Assembly: GCA_046484135.1 (NCBI GenBank)
Contig: JAWOBU010000232.1
Coordinates: 1-51,852 of the forward strand
Source: a bacterium
Lineage (GTDB): Bacteria > RBG-13-61-14 > DATKZS01
Direction of reading: 5' to 3'
DNA length: 51,852 bases
Shown: positions 20,500-30,056 of the stretch, in pieces
Numbering within the stretch: the first letter of the stretch is position 1
How the letters are laid out: every line of letters starts with the position of its first letter
Position numbers and translations under genes: made by a program
Notes under the pieces: generated by a model
The model's database searches: none
The model's input: the letters and a program-made list of their open reading frames with translations, nothing else
Told to the model about the DNA's origin: nothing

Positions 20500-21567
20500 A
20501 TGACCTGGCAGGGAGTCATTAATAAATACTGGGAGCACCTTCCCCTTAAGAACAGGGAGTGCATCATCACCCTGCAGGAGGGCAACACTCCCCTTATCCC
20601 TTCCCGCCACCTGGCCCGCGAGGTCCTGCCGGGCGTAGACCTGTACTTCAAGTTCGAGGGGCTGAATCCTACCGCCAGCTTCAAGGACCGCGGCATGACC
20701 GTGGCGGTCTCGCACGCCCTGGAGGAAGGCTCGAAGGCGGTGATCTGTGCCAGCACCGGCAACACCTCGGCCTCCGCTGCCGCCTATGCCGCCCGGGCGG
20801 GCCTTCAGGCCTACGTGATAATCCCGGAGGGAAAAATCGCCGCGGGCAAGCTGGCCCAGGCGGTCATGCACGGGGCCACCGTGCTCGAGGTCATGGGAAA
20901 CTTTGACCAGGCCCTGAAGATCGTCCGGCGCATATCCGAGGAGTTCCCCGTAACCCTGGTGAACTCCTTGAACCCATATCGGCTGGAAGGGCAGAAAACC
21001 GCGGCCTTTGAAATCTGCGACTACCTGGGCAGGCCGCCCGACCATCACGTCATGCCGGTGGGAAACGCCGGCAACATCACCGCCTATTGGATGGGATACC
21101 GGGAGTACCACGAAAAAGGCATTACCGGCGACCTGCCCCACATGAACGGGTTTCAGGCCGAAGGCGCCGCTCCCATTGTCAGAGGACAGGTGGTCGAGAA
21201 GCCGGAGACCTTCGCCACTGCCATCAGGATCGGGAACCCGGCAAGCTGGACCCGGGCGGAGGACGCGGCCCGTGAATCGGAAGGCATGATAGACATGGTC
21301 TCCGAGGACGAGATAAGAAGGGCCTACTACTTGATCGCCTCCCGGGAAGGCGTGTTCTGCGAGCCGGCAAGCGCCGCCGGAATCGCCGGGCTTATCAAGT
21401 ACAACAAAGAGATGGGAATAAAACGCGGCCAGACCGTGGTGTGTACCCTTACCGGCCACGGGCTCAAGGACCCCGACTCCGGCAAGGAAACCGCCTGGCA
21501 GTACATCGAGAAGAAGGCGGAGCTCCCGCCCGAGTACGACGCTGTGGTGGAGGCGCTGGGCTTTTAG
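20500..21567 (+). CDS. thrC: Threonine synthase
   Basis: [19 protein letters not shown] (PLP lysine), ASTGNTS and PVGNAGN motifs. Confidence 0.96.
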   Translation: MTWQGVINKYWEHLPLKNRECIITLQEGNTPLIPSRHLAREVLPGVDLYFKFEGLNPTASFKDRGMTVAVSHALEEGSKAVICASTGNTSASAAAYAARAGLQAYVIIPEGKIAAGKLAQAVMHGATVLEVMGNFDQALKIVRRISEEFPVTLVNSLNPYRLEGQKTAAFEICDYLGRPPDHHVMPVGNAGNITAYWMGYREYHEKGITGDLPHMNGFQAEGAAPIVRGQVVEKPETFATAIRIGNPASWTRAEDAARESEGMIDMVSEDEIRRAYYLIASREGVFCEPASAAGIAGLIKYNKEMGIKRGQTVVCTLTGHGLKDPDSGKETAWQYIEKKAELPPEYDAVVEALGF

Positions 21568-21725
21568 AACGTTCCTTGTCCCGCCATGGCCGATCATCCC
21601 GCGGCACTCCCGCCGCAAGAGCTCGATAATATTTCCGGAAATCTTGCAGAAGAAAACAAGACCAAGGAGCGAGTGTTTCTGGAGGAGCTTTTTTTATTTC
21701 GTGGTATCATGGCGATGGTTAGACC

Positions 21726-22529
21726 ATGATTTACAAGGGAGTAGCGGTTACGGGCACTGACACGGGCGTGGGCAAGACTGCTTGTGCCTGTGCGTTTTGC
21801 GCGCTGTTCCGGAACGCGGGTTTTCGGACGGGAGTTTTAAAGCCGGTGGAGACGGGCTGCAGCGGAGTTCCGGAGGACGGCCTTCGTTTATGTCGGGCGG
21901 CCGGGTTGCCGGTTCCGGGCGAAGGGAACGATCCGGTTCCATGGGACGATGTTGTTCCGTGGCGTTTCGAGTCGCCGGTTGCACCTTGGGAGTCCGCCCG
22001 GCAGGAGGGCGTGGAGATTTCCTTGGACCGGATTTACCAGGCCATGAACCTGTGGATGGAGCGCTGTGACGCGGTTATTGTCGAGACCGCTGGAGGATTG
22101 CTGGTTCCTTTGAACCCGCGTTTTTCGAACGCGGATCTTATAAAGGCGCTGGCTTTGCCGGTGGTGGTTTGCGGCCCGAACCGCCTGGGGGTTATAAACC
22201 ACACGCTTTTGACGCTGGAGGCGCTTGCGCGGCGTGGTCTTAATGCTCTGGCAATAGTGTTGAGCCGGCTTTCGGATGATTTCGATGCCTCGGTTTCCGG
22301 CAACCGTTCGGTGCTGGAGGGTCTTACCGGCCTTCCGGTGATCGAGGTCCCTTATACGCCTGCCGGCCGGGATACTTTGCGGGAGGGGCTGGACGCGGTT
22401 TCGGTTTCGGCTTATGATAGTATAAGTCCGTTTTTTCCGGCGGTGCTGGAAGGCGCAGAGCAAGAGTGGGTCCGGGTTCGGCGCCGTTATGTACGCGAGC
22501 GCAGCAAGGGGGGCAAAGATGAAGTATAA
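21726..22529 (+). CDS. bioD: Dethiobiotin synthase
   Basis: VTGTDTGVGKT P-loop, KPVETG, VETAGG and LGVINHTLLT motifs. Confidence 0.9.
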   Translation: MIYKGVAVTGTDTGVGKTACACAFCALFRNAGFRTGVLKPVETGCSGVPEDGLRLCRAAGLPVPGEGNDPVPWDDVVPWRFESPVAPWESARQEGVEISLDRIYQAMNLWMERCDAVIVETAGGLLVPLNPRFSNADLIKALALPVVVCGPNRLGVINHTLLTLEALARRGLNALAIVLSRLSDDFDASVSGNRSVLEGLTGLPVIEVPYTPAGRDTLREGLDAVSVSAYDSISPFFPAVLEGAEQEWVRVRRRYVRERSKGGKDEV

Positions 22530-22857
22530 GGTCATATCCGATCTTCCTTGCCGGGAGATGGTTCCCGGTATCACCATGCGGGAGGTCCACCTGGAGAAGG
22601 TAATGGTAACGTTCGTGGAGCTGGAGGAGGGTGCGGTCATTCCTCCTCATAGCCATGAGCACGAGCAGATAAGCCTTATTATCTCGGGGAGCCTGTTTTT
22701 CAACGTGGACGGCGAGGAGCGCCTGGTCAAGCCGGGCGAGGTGGTGGTGATCCCTTCGGGGGTTGAGCACAGCGTGTCCGCGGTAAGCGGTCCTGCTGTT
22801 GCTTACGACTGCTTCAGCCCGGTTCGCAAGGACTACGTAAAGGCGCTCGGCTCATGA
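22519..22857 (+). CDS. Cupin domain protein
   Basis: PPHSHEHEQ and PSGVEHS metal motifs, FSPVRKDY terminus; start MKYKVI overlaps the bioD end. Confidence 0.88.
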   Translation: MKYKVISDLPCREMVPGITMREVHLEKVMVTFVELEEGAVIPPHSHEHEQISLIISGSLFFNVDGEERLVKPGEVVVIPSGVEHSVSAVSGPAVAYDCFSPVRKDYVKALGS

Positions 22858-22870
22858 CGCGAAGGAGGAT

Positions 22871-22988
22871 GTGGAGCCCCATGTCTTGATGGGCTGGACA
22901 GATATCCTCTTCTTGTGGGAGAGACCTCCCTGTCTGCCATTCAATCCTTTCACTTCCCTTTCTACCCTAGAGCATTTGCAAGAAGCTT
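22871..22988 (+). repeat. Degenerate REP/MITE-like remnant between convergent genes
   Basis: GTGGGAGAGACCTCC (22915-22929) is identical to 15 nt of the REP at 36441-36455 read on the minus strand; ATTTGCAAGAAGCTT (22974-22988) matches the MITE right end 12/15; an extra GTGG-led hairpin lies at 22871-22895. Confidence 0.5.
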
Positions 22989-23000
22989 GATCGAGACTTT

Positions 23001-24281
23001 TTATTTCCCGCTTTCTTTTTCCGGCTTTTGGGGCAGTTGCTGGAGGAGGTCTTCGGTCAGTATATTCTTGTCCTGTGAGCTCTTTTCCTTTTTATCTTTT
23101 CTTATTGATTTGACCCCTCCATAGGTCTGGACGAGCTCGTTCAGGTCCATGGTCTGCAACGATCCCTCTCCGGGCACTATTATGATGGGCTTGCCCTGGA
23201 TGGCTTCGGATATGGCCATGCCCACGTAGGTGTCTCCGCCGGGCCCGGCCAGTACCGCGGTCTGGGCCTGGACACCTTCGGCCCGCTGGTTGTACTTCAC
23301 CCGCATGGCTTGGGACTTCAGCTTTCTGGCCTCGAGCTCGGCGTCCGCCTCCTGCCGGGTCTTGGCCAGCCGGCCATTGGCCAGCTCGATCATGGAGTCC
23401 GCTTCACCGCGGGCCTTGTTGACCTTGGTCCAGCGTTCCTGCCTGGCCTTGTTCTGGTAGGCCAGGTACTCTTCCCTCTCCTCTTCCGCTATGCGCTTTT
23501 TACTTAGCACCTCTTCATAACCCGGATGGATGACCACCTCGGGAGCGGAGATCTTGTCTATCTTGATCCCGAAATCAGAAAGCCGGTTGTTAAGCTCGTG
23601 GAGAGCGCCCCTCTTCTTGACGTTGCCTTGCGAGTCCACGACTCCTTCCACCTGGACCTTGCGGTCGTGCGGTCTCAGTATCTCGCTCGAGTCCAGCTCG
23701 GACAGCCAGGAGCGAAGCGTACCTCTCACCATGGATGCCACGAAGCTCTCGATGTCTTTCTTCTTCCCGATCTTCTGGACCACCTTGTAGGCGCCTTCCG
23801 GCATGATGCGATAGGCCACGATAACGTTTACCCAGGCATCGTTGCCGTCCGCGGTCTTGATGCGGACGCTTTCGTTGCCGTGCCTGCGATCATGGATCAC
23901 GATCCGGACGCGGTCGGACTTGCTGACCTCTTTCTTAAACTGCTCCATCTGCTGCTCGGGAGCATGGGCCTGCTCCTGCTCTTCTTCCGGGACCACCTTC
24001 TTCGACTCGATGGCCGGGCCGGGCGTGCGGAACTCGACCTCTCCCTTTTTAATCATCTGTATCTTCATCTGGGTGCGGGGCAGCACGATAAAGGTATGGA
24101 TATTGGGAATCTGCCAGTACCAGCCGGTGAGCTTGGGGTCTTTCTCCACCTTATGGATCACGGGAAGGTTGTTGACCCTGACTCCCACTTCATTGGATTT
24201 GACCCGGGTACAGGCCATGCCGCCGGCCAGGAGGGCAACCAGGGCCAACACCGCCAGCGAGGTTTTCACTTTATAACTCAT
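23001..24281 (-). CDS. SPFH/band-7 domain membrane protein (divergent, HflK/C-like layout)
   Basis: N-terminal hydrophobic anchor, VKSNEVGVRV, IKTADGNDAWVNVIVAYRI and a C-terminal AE-rich coiled coil. Confidence 0.75.
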   Translation of the reverse strand: MSYKVKTSLAVLALVALLAGGMACTRVKSNEVGVRVNNLPVIHKVEKDPKLTGWYWQIPNIHTFIVLPRTQMKIQMIKKGEVEFRTPGPAIESKKVVPEEEQEQAHAPEQQMEQFKKEVSKSDRVRIVIHDRRHGNESVRIKTADGNDAWVNVIVAYRIMPEGAYKVVQKIGKKKDIESFVASMVRGTLRSWLSELDSSEILRPHDRKVQVEGVVDSQGNVKKRGALHELNNRLSDFGIKIDKISAPEVVIHPGYEEVLSKKRIAEEEREEYLAYQNKARQERWTKVNKARGEADSMIELANGRLAKTRQEADAELEARKLKSQAMRVKYNQRAEGVQAQTAVLAGPGGDTYVGMAISEAIQGKPIIIVPGEGSLQTMDLNELVQTYGGVKSIRKDKKEKSSQDKNILTEDLLQQLPQKPEKESGK

Positions 24282-25705
24282 TTTTCACCTCCGGGAAGGC
24301 CTTCGATCGAGGGCTGGATTTGCTTTATGGACTTCCCGAGCTGAAGGGGGTTCACCCCGTCGGGTCCGCCTGCGGGAAGTACTATAAGCTGAAGCCCTTT
24401 CAAGGCGTTCGCATACTCGAGCCCCACGTAGACCTCTCCTCCCTTGCCGGCCAGGGCGTTCTTGATCTTTCCTTTTCCCTCCGCCTTGGCCTGCATTATC
24501 ATCTTGTCGCCCAGGGCTATCTTCTCGGTCATGTACCGGTCCGCCTCTGCATCTATCTCGCGGGCCCGGGCGCTACCGCGGGCCAGCTCCGCTTCCGCGG
24601 ACGCGTTCGCGTTGGCCAACAGCCTCTGCCACTCGGCGCGCTCCTGGGCGGCCTCCTTCAGGGCCTTTTCCATCTCGACCCTTTCATCCGCTATCACCTT
24701 GCTGATAATGGACGCCTCGATGCGGTCCTTGAACTTGAAGTCCCATATCAGTACTGCGGTGACCTCGATCCCCCGCGGCTTGAAAAACAGGTTCATCTCC
24801 TCCAGGGCCCGTTGCATCTGGGTCGAGCGGTCGAGAAGATACTGGTCGGTGGGGTAGTCGGAACGGAGCTCGGAAAGAGCGTCAGCCAGAAGCTCGATGC
24901 GCTCTTTGCCGGTTACATCGGGTTTTCCGTCTTTAAGCTCGATCTTTCCGGCCTTGTTCTCCAGCTCTTCAAGCTCGTCTTCAAGCTCCTTTAGTTCCCG
25001 GCGTTGCTCCGGCGTTCTCCGGGGCAGGCTTTCGAGCTCTTCTTTTTCCTTTTCCGCGAGCTTATAGTCCTCGGTGATGTTGTTCAGCTTCTTGATGCGC
25101 TCTTTTATCCTCGTTCTTTTCTTCTTGGTCATGCTGTAGAACTGGTTTGCGGTCATTATCTCTCCGAGCCTGGCCTGAAGTACCTGGGGGCAGATGGCTT
25201 TAATTCCTTTTTCTTTTATGGCCTTGTTGTCGGAGTAGTTCTCGCGGAGGCCGGTCTGTCCGGTGTTTTGCACGTTCTTTTCTATCTGGTTGCGGTCAAC
25301 GTGGTAGAGGATGGTAACGTAGACGTCTATCTCGTCCTGGTCCTTTGCCGTCCTTACCCGGAGCGGTTCCTGGTCGGGATGGGCGTCCTGGGAGGGAGGC
25401 GCCATTTCGAACCGGTGGATGGTGCAGTCGTAGCGGTTGAACTCGTGCAGGTATGGTATGATCACGCTGTAGCCGGGGTCCAGCTGGTTGACGTCTCCGC
25501 GCTTAGCCAGGCCGGGCACGGTGATGTTCCAGTAGCGGAGCCCTGTCTCCCAGGGCTGGACCTTTTCCAGGGTGAAGAAAAAGCCTACTATGCAAACAAG
25601 CACGATAAGAACCACCACCGTCTTGATGGTCTTTCCCAGGCAGCCGGGCCCGGTCTCGTCCGCGGCGTTTACTTGCCGGTCCTTGTTCTCTTCCTCTCCT
25701 GTCAT
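24278..25705 (-). CDS. SPFH/band-7 domain membrane protein with charged coiled-coil insertion
   Basis: N-terminal TM, VQPWETGLR..PGYSVIIPY, VRT..DVYVTILYHV, FFKPRGIEVTAVLI and AEAELARG coiled coil; ATGA overlap with the next gene. Confidence 0.75.
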   Translation of the reverse strand: MTGEEENKDRQVNAADETGPGCLGKTIKTVVVLIVLVCIVGFFFTLEKVQPWETGLRYWNITVPGLAKRGDVNQLDPGYSVIIPYLHEFNRYDCTIHRFEMAPPSQDAHPDQEPLRVRTAKDQDEIDVYVTILYHVDRNQIEKNVQNTGQTGLRENYSDNKAIKEKGIKAICPQVLQARLGEIMTANQFYSMTKKKRTRIKERIKKLNNITEDYKLAEKEKEELESLPRRTPEQRRELKELEDELEELENKAGKIELKDGKPDVTGKERIELLADALSELRSDYPTDQYLLDRSTQMQRALEEMNLFFKPRGIEVTAVLIWDFKFKDRIEASIISKVIADERVEMEKALKEAAQERAEWQRLLANANASAEAELARGSARAREIDAEADRYMTEKIALGDKMIMQAKAEGKGKIKNALAGKGGEVYVGLEYANALKGLQLIVLPAGGPDGVNPLQLGKSIKQIQPSIEGLPGGEK

Positions 25706-25739
25706 GCCATGTCTCCTTAGGGTTTAGCCCAGCTTTTCT

Positions 25740-25769
25740 ATTATACCTCCCAGGCCGTCCTTATTTCAT
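25740..25769 (-). promoter_or_regulatory. Putative sigma70-type internal promoter for the SPFH pair
   Basis: Perfect TATAAT (25745-25740) with ATGAAA 18 bp upstream, about 35 bp before the 25705 start. Confidence 0.4.
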
Positions 25770-25783
25770 GGTTGGTCCGGGCC

Positions 25784-26575
25784 TTATTCTTTTCCTTCTT
25801 TTTCCGCTTTTGCTTTCATAACCTCTCCCCACTCGGCAAAGGGCTTGAACAGGTCAATCGGTACGGGGAAAGTAATGGTGGAGTTGTTTTCCGCGCCCAC
25901 TTCAATAAGGGTCTGCAGGTAGCGGAGCTGGAGGGAGATGGGGTACTTGGCCATCATGTCCGCGGCCTGGACCAGCTTTTCCGCGGCCTGAAGTTCTCCT
26001 TCGGCGTGAATGACCTTGGCCCGCCTGTCCCGCTCGGCCTCTGCCTGCCTGGCCATGGCCCGCCGCATTTCTTCGGGCAGGTCCACGTGCTTGACCTCGA
26101 CCTGGCTGACCTTGATGCCCCAGGGGTCGGTATGGGTGTCCAGGATTTCCTGGAGTTGCTGGTTGATCTTTTCACGCTGGGTAAGCAGAGTGTCCAGGTC
26201 AAACTGGCCGACCACGGCGCGGAGCGTGGTCTGGGCAAGCTGGCTGGTGGCATAGAGGTAATTCTCGACCTGGATGACGGCCCGGCCGGGTTCGAGGACC
26301 CGGAAGTAGACCACCGCGTTGACGTTTAGGGTCACGTTGTCGGAGGTGATAACGTCCTGGGGAGGCACGTCCATGACCACGGTACGAAGGCTCACCTTCT
26401 GCATCCGGTCCACAATGGGAATGAGCAGGATAAGCCCCGGTCCCTTGGGCCGGTCCAGGACCCTGCCGAGACGGAAGATGACTCCTCTCTCGTACTCGTT
26501 GAGAATCCGGATCATCATGGAGAGGAGCACAAGAGCCGCGATGATTATTCCGATAAACCCGATCCCTATCTCCAT
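25784..26575 (-). CDS. Stomatin/slipin family SPFH protein
   Basis: [45 protein letters not shown] and LQLRYLQTL motifs. Confidence 0.95.
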   Translation of the reverse strand: MEIGIGFIGIIIAALVLLSMMIRILNEYERGVIFRLGRVLDRPKGPGLILLIPIVDRMQKVSLRTVVMDVPPQDVITSDNVTLNVNAVVYFRVLEPGRAVIQVENYLYATSQLAQTTLRAVVGQFDLDTLLTQREKINQQLQEILDTHTDPWGIKVSQVEVKHVDLPEEMRRAMARQAEAERDRRAKVIHAEGELQAAEKLVQAADMMAKYPISLQLRYLQTLIEVGAENNSTITFPVPIDLFKPFAEWGEVMKAKAEKEGKE

Positions 26576-26655
26576 CTTTTCTCCTCCTTTTTGGGGGCGG
26601 CGCCCGCTTGAAGATGCCGGTGGGCCGGCCTTATTAAGACCGGCCTTCCCGATGT

Positions 26656-28134
26656 TCAGCCGGACTGGTTTTCCTCCGGCGACGGCGCGGACTTCCTGGT
26701 TACATGGGCCCGCAGGTTATCCGCGTTTATAGACTTTATCACGACTTTGTCCCCCTTGGCAACGGGAGAGTCGGAGACCGCGTTCCAGTACTCGCCGAAC
26801 ACGAAAATCTTGCCCTGTGTATCAGGCCCGATCTCGCTTGCAGCCTCGGCTTCCATGCCCACCAGGTAGTCGGCTCCGCTCGAGACCCGCCTGCGGTGGG
26901 CCTGTAATATGGCGCCTCCGAAAATGAAGATTACCACCACGATAAACACGGCCAAAGAAATGATGAGCGGCAGAGAAGGATACACGTTGGGGGCCTCCTT
27001 GGTATTGAAAAGCATTAACGATCCTATCACTATGGCGGCGACTCCGGCCACCGACAGCAACCCATAGCTTACAATAAAGACCTCTGCTACGAAAAACGCA
27101 AACGCCAGGATGATGAGCAAAAGCCCGATGTAGTTTATGCTCAACGAAGGTGCCAACAAGGCCAGCAGGATAAGACCCGCGCCGATGATGACGGGGAAGA
27201 ACATGCCCGGGTTCTTGAACTCGAGCGCCACCAGCAGTCCGCCCAGCAGCAGAAGCACGATGATCACGTTGGGGTTGTTGATAAGGTCCTGGAGCTTCTG
27301 AGGGGTGGTCATCTCCTTCTTTTCTATGCGGGCGCCCCTGGTGTGAAGGGACAGGGTGGAGCCGTCTCCCAGCTTTACCACCCGGCCGGGCAGAAAGGAG
27401 TTTACAAGCTCGTCTACGTCCGCTGCTGTTCCGTCGGCCACGTTTTTTTCCACCGCCTCGGTCGCGGTTATGGACTCGCTTTCCTTGACCGCTTTCTCCG
27501 CCCAGTCCGCGTTCCTTCCGCGGACCTCGCAGACGGACCTCACCCACGCCGCGGTGTCCTTGGTGGCCTTTTCCATCATGGGGTCGTCTTCCGGCACCGG
27601 CTCGTACTTGGCCCCGAAAGGCATCATCACCGGGTGAGCGGCACCGATGTTGGTCCCGGGCGCCATGACCGCTATATGCGCGCCCACGGTGATCATCATT
27701 CCCGCCGAGGTCGCGGACGCCCCCGCGGGCGCCACGTACACCACCACCGGCACCTGGGCGGCCAGAAACAGCTTGACGATCTTCTTGGTCGCTTTCAAGG
27801 TCCCGCCGGGAGTGTCCATGCGAATGATGAGCACCGACGCCTCCTGTTTCTCCGCCTTTTCCATGTACAGCTTTATGTAGCCTTTAATCCCGGGGTTTAT
27901 TATTCCATCCACCTCCAGCAGGTAGGCCGGGCCCGGCGATTTTTCCGGGGGCTTTTGTTTCTCCGCCTCTTCTTCAGAAGCTGGAGACGCTTGTGTGGAG
28001 CCGGCCGCGGCTTCGGCTTCGGGTGCGGTATGGCCTTGTGAGGGCTGGCGGTTTTGCTGCGCCTCGGCAGAGTCCCACAAAAGAGTTGCCGCTGCCATCA
28101 GAGCGACCAGGAGCGCCGCGTATAAAGGTTTCAT
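26656..28134 (-). CDS. nfeD: Long-form NfeD membrane-bound ClpP-class serine protease (stomatin operon partner)
   Basis: Signal peptide, [26 protein letters not shown] bundle and C-terminal [14 protein letters not shown] domain; start MKPLYA. Confidence 0.92.
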   Translation of the reverse strand: MKPLYAALLVALMAAATLLWDSAEAQQNRQPSQGHTAPEAEAAAGSTQASPASEEEAEKQKPPEKSPGPAYLLEVDGIINPGIKGYIKLYMEKAEKQEASVLIIRMDTPGGTLKATKKIVKLFLAAQVPVVVYVAPAGASATSAGMMITVGAHIAVMAPGTNIGAAHPVMMPFGAKYEPVPEDDPMMEKATKDTAAWVRSVCEVRGRNADWAEKAVKESESITATEAVEKNVADGTAADVDELVNSFLPGRVVKLGDGSTLSLHTRGARIEKKEMTTPQKLQDLINNPNVIIVLLLLGGLLVALEFKNPGMFFPVIIGAGLILLALLAPSLSINYIGLLLIILAFAFFVAEVFIVSYGLLSVAGVAAIVIGSLMLFNTKEAPNVYPSLPLIISLAVFIVVVIFIFGGAILQAHRRRVSSGADYLVGMEAEAASEIGPDTQGKIFVFGEYWNAVSDSPVAKGDKVVIKSINADNLRAHVTRKSAPSPEENQSG

Positions 28135-28868
28135 TTCGTCTCCTCCAGGGGAATCCCGGTTTTCTTCATGACCTTTTTGATGTCTTCCCACACTTCCTTT
28201 TTGGCAGTTGCCTTTCGCAACAGGTAGCTGGGATGATAGGTGGGCATCACCGGTATGCCGTTCCACTCGTGCCATACGCCTCTGATCCCGCTGATGGGCG
28301 TGCCGGAGCCGGTTATGGCCTGAGCGGCCACTGCCCCCAGGGCCACGATCACCTTGGGCTTTATGCTTTCTATCTGCATTTTCAGGAAGGGGAAGCAGGT
28401 CTCGACTTCCTCGGGCCGGGGGGTCCGCTCGCCGGGCGGATGGCACTTGGTAACGCTGGTTATGTAGACCTCGCTTCTGGATATCTTCATGCCCTTCTCA
28501 ATGATGTCGGTAAGCATCTTTCCGGACTTTCCCACAAATGGCAGACCCTGGGCGTCCTCGTCCTTGCCGGGAGCTTCGCCCACGAACATGATCCGGGCAA
28601 AAGGGTCACCTTCCCCGAACACGATGTTGGTCCTGCTTTTGGAAAGAGCGCACCTCGTACATTCGCCCAGCTCGCGCTTGGCCTTGCGAAGCTCCTCCGC
28701 CGGGTTTTTCTTCGCAGCGGTCCCGTCTTCGCCACGGGCCTTCTCCAGCACCTTCCGGTCTATGCCGGCCATTCCATTCTCCTGCTGGTAGACAAGGTAC
28801 TCCCGGCTCGCCTTTAAAAGGTCGGCCAAGAGCTCCTCAATGGATGTGGCAGAAGCTTTCCCCGTCAT
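28131..28868 (-). CDS. Uracil-DNA glycosylase family 4 (4Fe-4S)
   Basis: CTRC, GEAPG..ED..G.PFVG, KC.PP...C and YHPSYLLR motifs. Confidence 0.9.
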   Translation of the reverse strand: MTGKASATSIEELLADLLKASREYLVYQQENGMAGIDRKVLEKARGEDGTAAKKNPAEELRKAKRELGECTRCALSKSRTNIVFGEGDPFARIMFVGEAPGKDEDAQGLPFVGKSGKMLTDIIEKGMKISRSEVYITSVTKCHPPGERTPRPEEVETCFPFLKMQIESIKPKVIVALGAVAAQAITGSGTPISGIRGVWHEWNGIPVMPTYHPSYLLRKATAKKEVWEDIKKVMKKTGIPLEETK

Positions 28869-29088
28869 TCAGATACTTCCTCGGCGCCAAAGATATGGCT
28901 TTTGCGGCCTTTCCATGCCGGCCGACATGGAAAGGAGAAAATTTCTCCCGGCCGGTTGAAAAAAGCCGGGATTGCATCTATAGTTTACATTTATAAGCAC
29001 AATATTCAAGCTCGAAAAGTCTCCGCCCTTGGAGATTTATTTAAAAGGTTCGAGTATTGTATAACGCGATGGAGGTTTTACAAGGGCT

Positions 29089-30024
29089 ATGTTTCCCAAG
29101 CTCCGTATGGTTCTCTTTTTCACAGCCTGGTCAATATTCTGTTTGTTTCTTTTGCCGGAGGCCGCCCATGCCTGGGGGCCGGGCGTTCATATCGAGACCT
29201 CGACCTACGTCTTAAGCCACCTCGCGCTGGTTGCTCCCGCCATCAAGAAGCTTTTGAGCTGCCATCCTTTCGAGTTCATTTACGGGTCGGTGTGTCCGGA
29301 CATGGTGCTCGGCAAGCGGTTCATGAAAGAGGATAGTAACAACCACTTGTGGAGCGAGGGCCAAAAGATACTGGACCATGCAAAAACGGACCGGCAGGCT
29401 TCTTTTGCCTTCGGTTACTTAAGCCATCTGGCTGCCGACACCATCGCCCACAACCATTTTGTTCCGGACCGACTTCTGGACACGCTTGACCGACGGGGCG
29501 GCTCTCACCTTCTTCACGAGCTTATCTTTGACGCCTCCTTGGAGGACGGGGTGTGGGACACTGCCCGCCGGGTCTACAGCCGGCGCTTTCACGACTGCGA
29601 ACTCCTGGTGGAGAAAAACCTTCCCCGGACCCCTTTTCCGCGGCTCATGGACCGCAAGGTTTTCCTGGGAGGCAAGCTCATGGTGAGGATGGGACTCTGG
29701 TCCCGGATGATCCGGGGAGTCCGCCGTCATTACGAGAACCGGATGGACTTCGCAGGGCTCCTTTCCTACCAGGGCCGCGTCCACGAGACCGTGCTTGATT
29801 ACCTCAACAACCCGGACTCCGCCGCCTGCCTGCAGGAATCCCCCACCGGCGGACAAGTGCTGGCCCGGGCCAATGACCTCCGCCGGACGCTCCACCTTCT
29901 GCACCGCCGGGCCCTGCTCTCCACCGACGACCACACCGAGCTGATAGGCGAGTTTCAAAGGTGGAGAAAGGAGCTTTCCTTCCTGCCGGATACGGAAGAC
30001 CTCCATCCGATCATGACCTCTTGA
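29089..30024 (+). CDS. Zinc-dependent phospholipase C family protein
   Basis: Signal-like N-terminus ending AHA then WGPGVH; GSVCPD and GYLSHLAADTIAHNHFVP motifs, plus HLLHE. Confidence 0.85.
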   Translation: MFPKLRMVLFFTAWSIFCLFLLPEAAHAWGPGVHIETSTYVLSHLALVAPAIKKLLSCHPFEFIYGSVCPDMVLGKRFMKEDSNNHLWSEGQKILDHAKTDRQASFAFGYLSHLAADTIAHNHFVPDRLLDTLDRRGGSHLLHELIFDASLEDGVWDTARRVYSRRFHDCELLVEKNLPRTPFPRLMDRKVFLGGKLMVRMGLWSRMIRGVRRHYENRMDFAGLLSYQGRVHETVLDYLNNPDSAACLQESPTGGQVLARANDLRRTLHLLHRRALLSTDDHTELIGEFQRWRKELSFLPDTEDLHPIMTS

Positions 30025-30056
30025 AAAACCCGGCCGGGCCGAGGCATGATACCGGC

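Noticed and set aside
21586..21729. 47-aa ORF (MADHPAA..) overlapping the bioD start by ATGA
   Set aside because: No SD sequence, no motif, and a likely bioD promoter (TGGTATCAT) lies inside it; not supportable without ribosome profiling.
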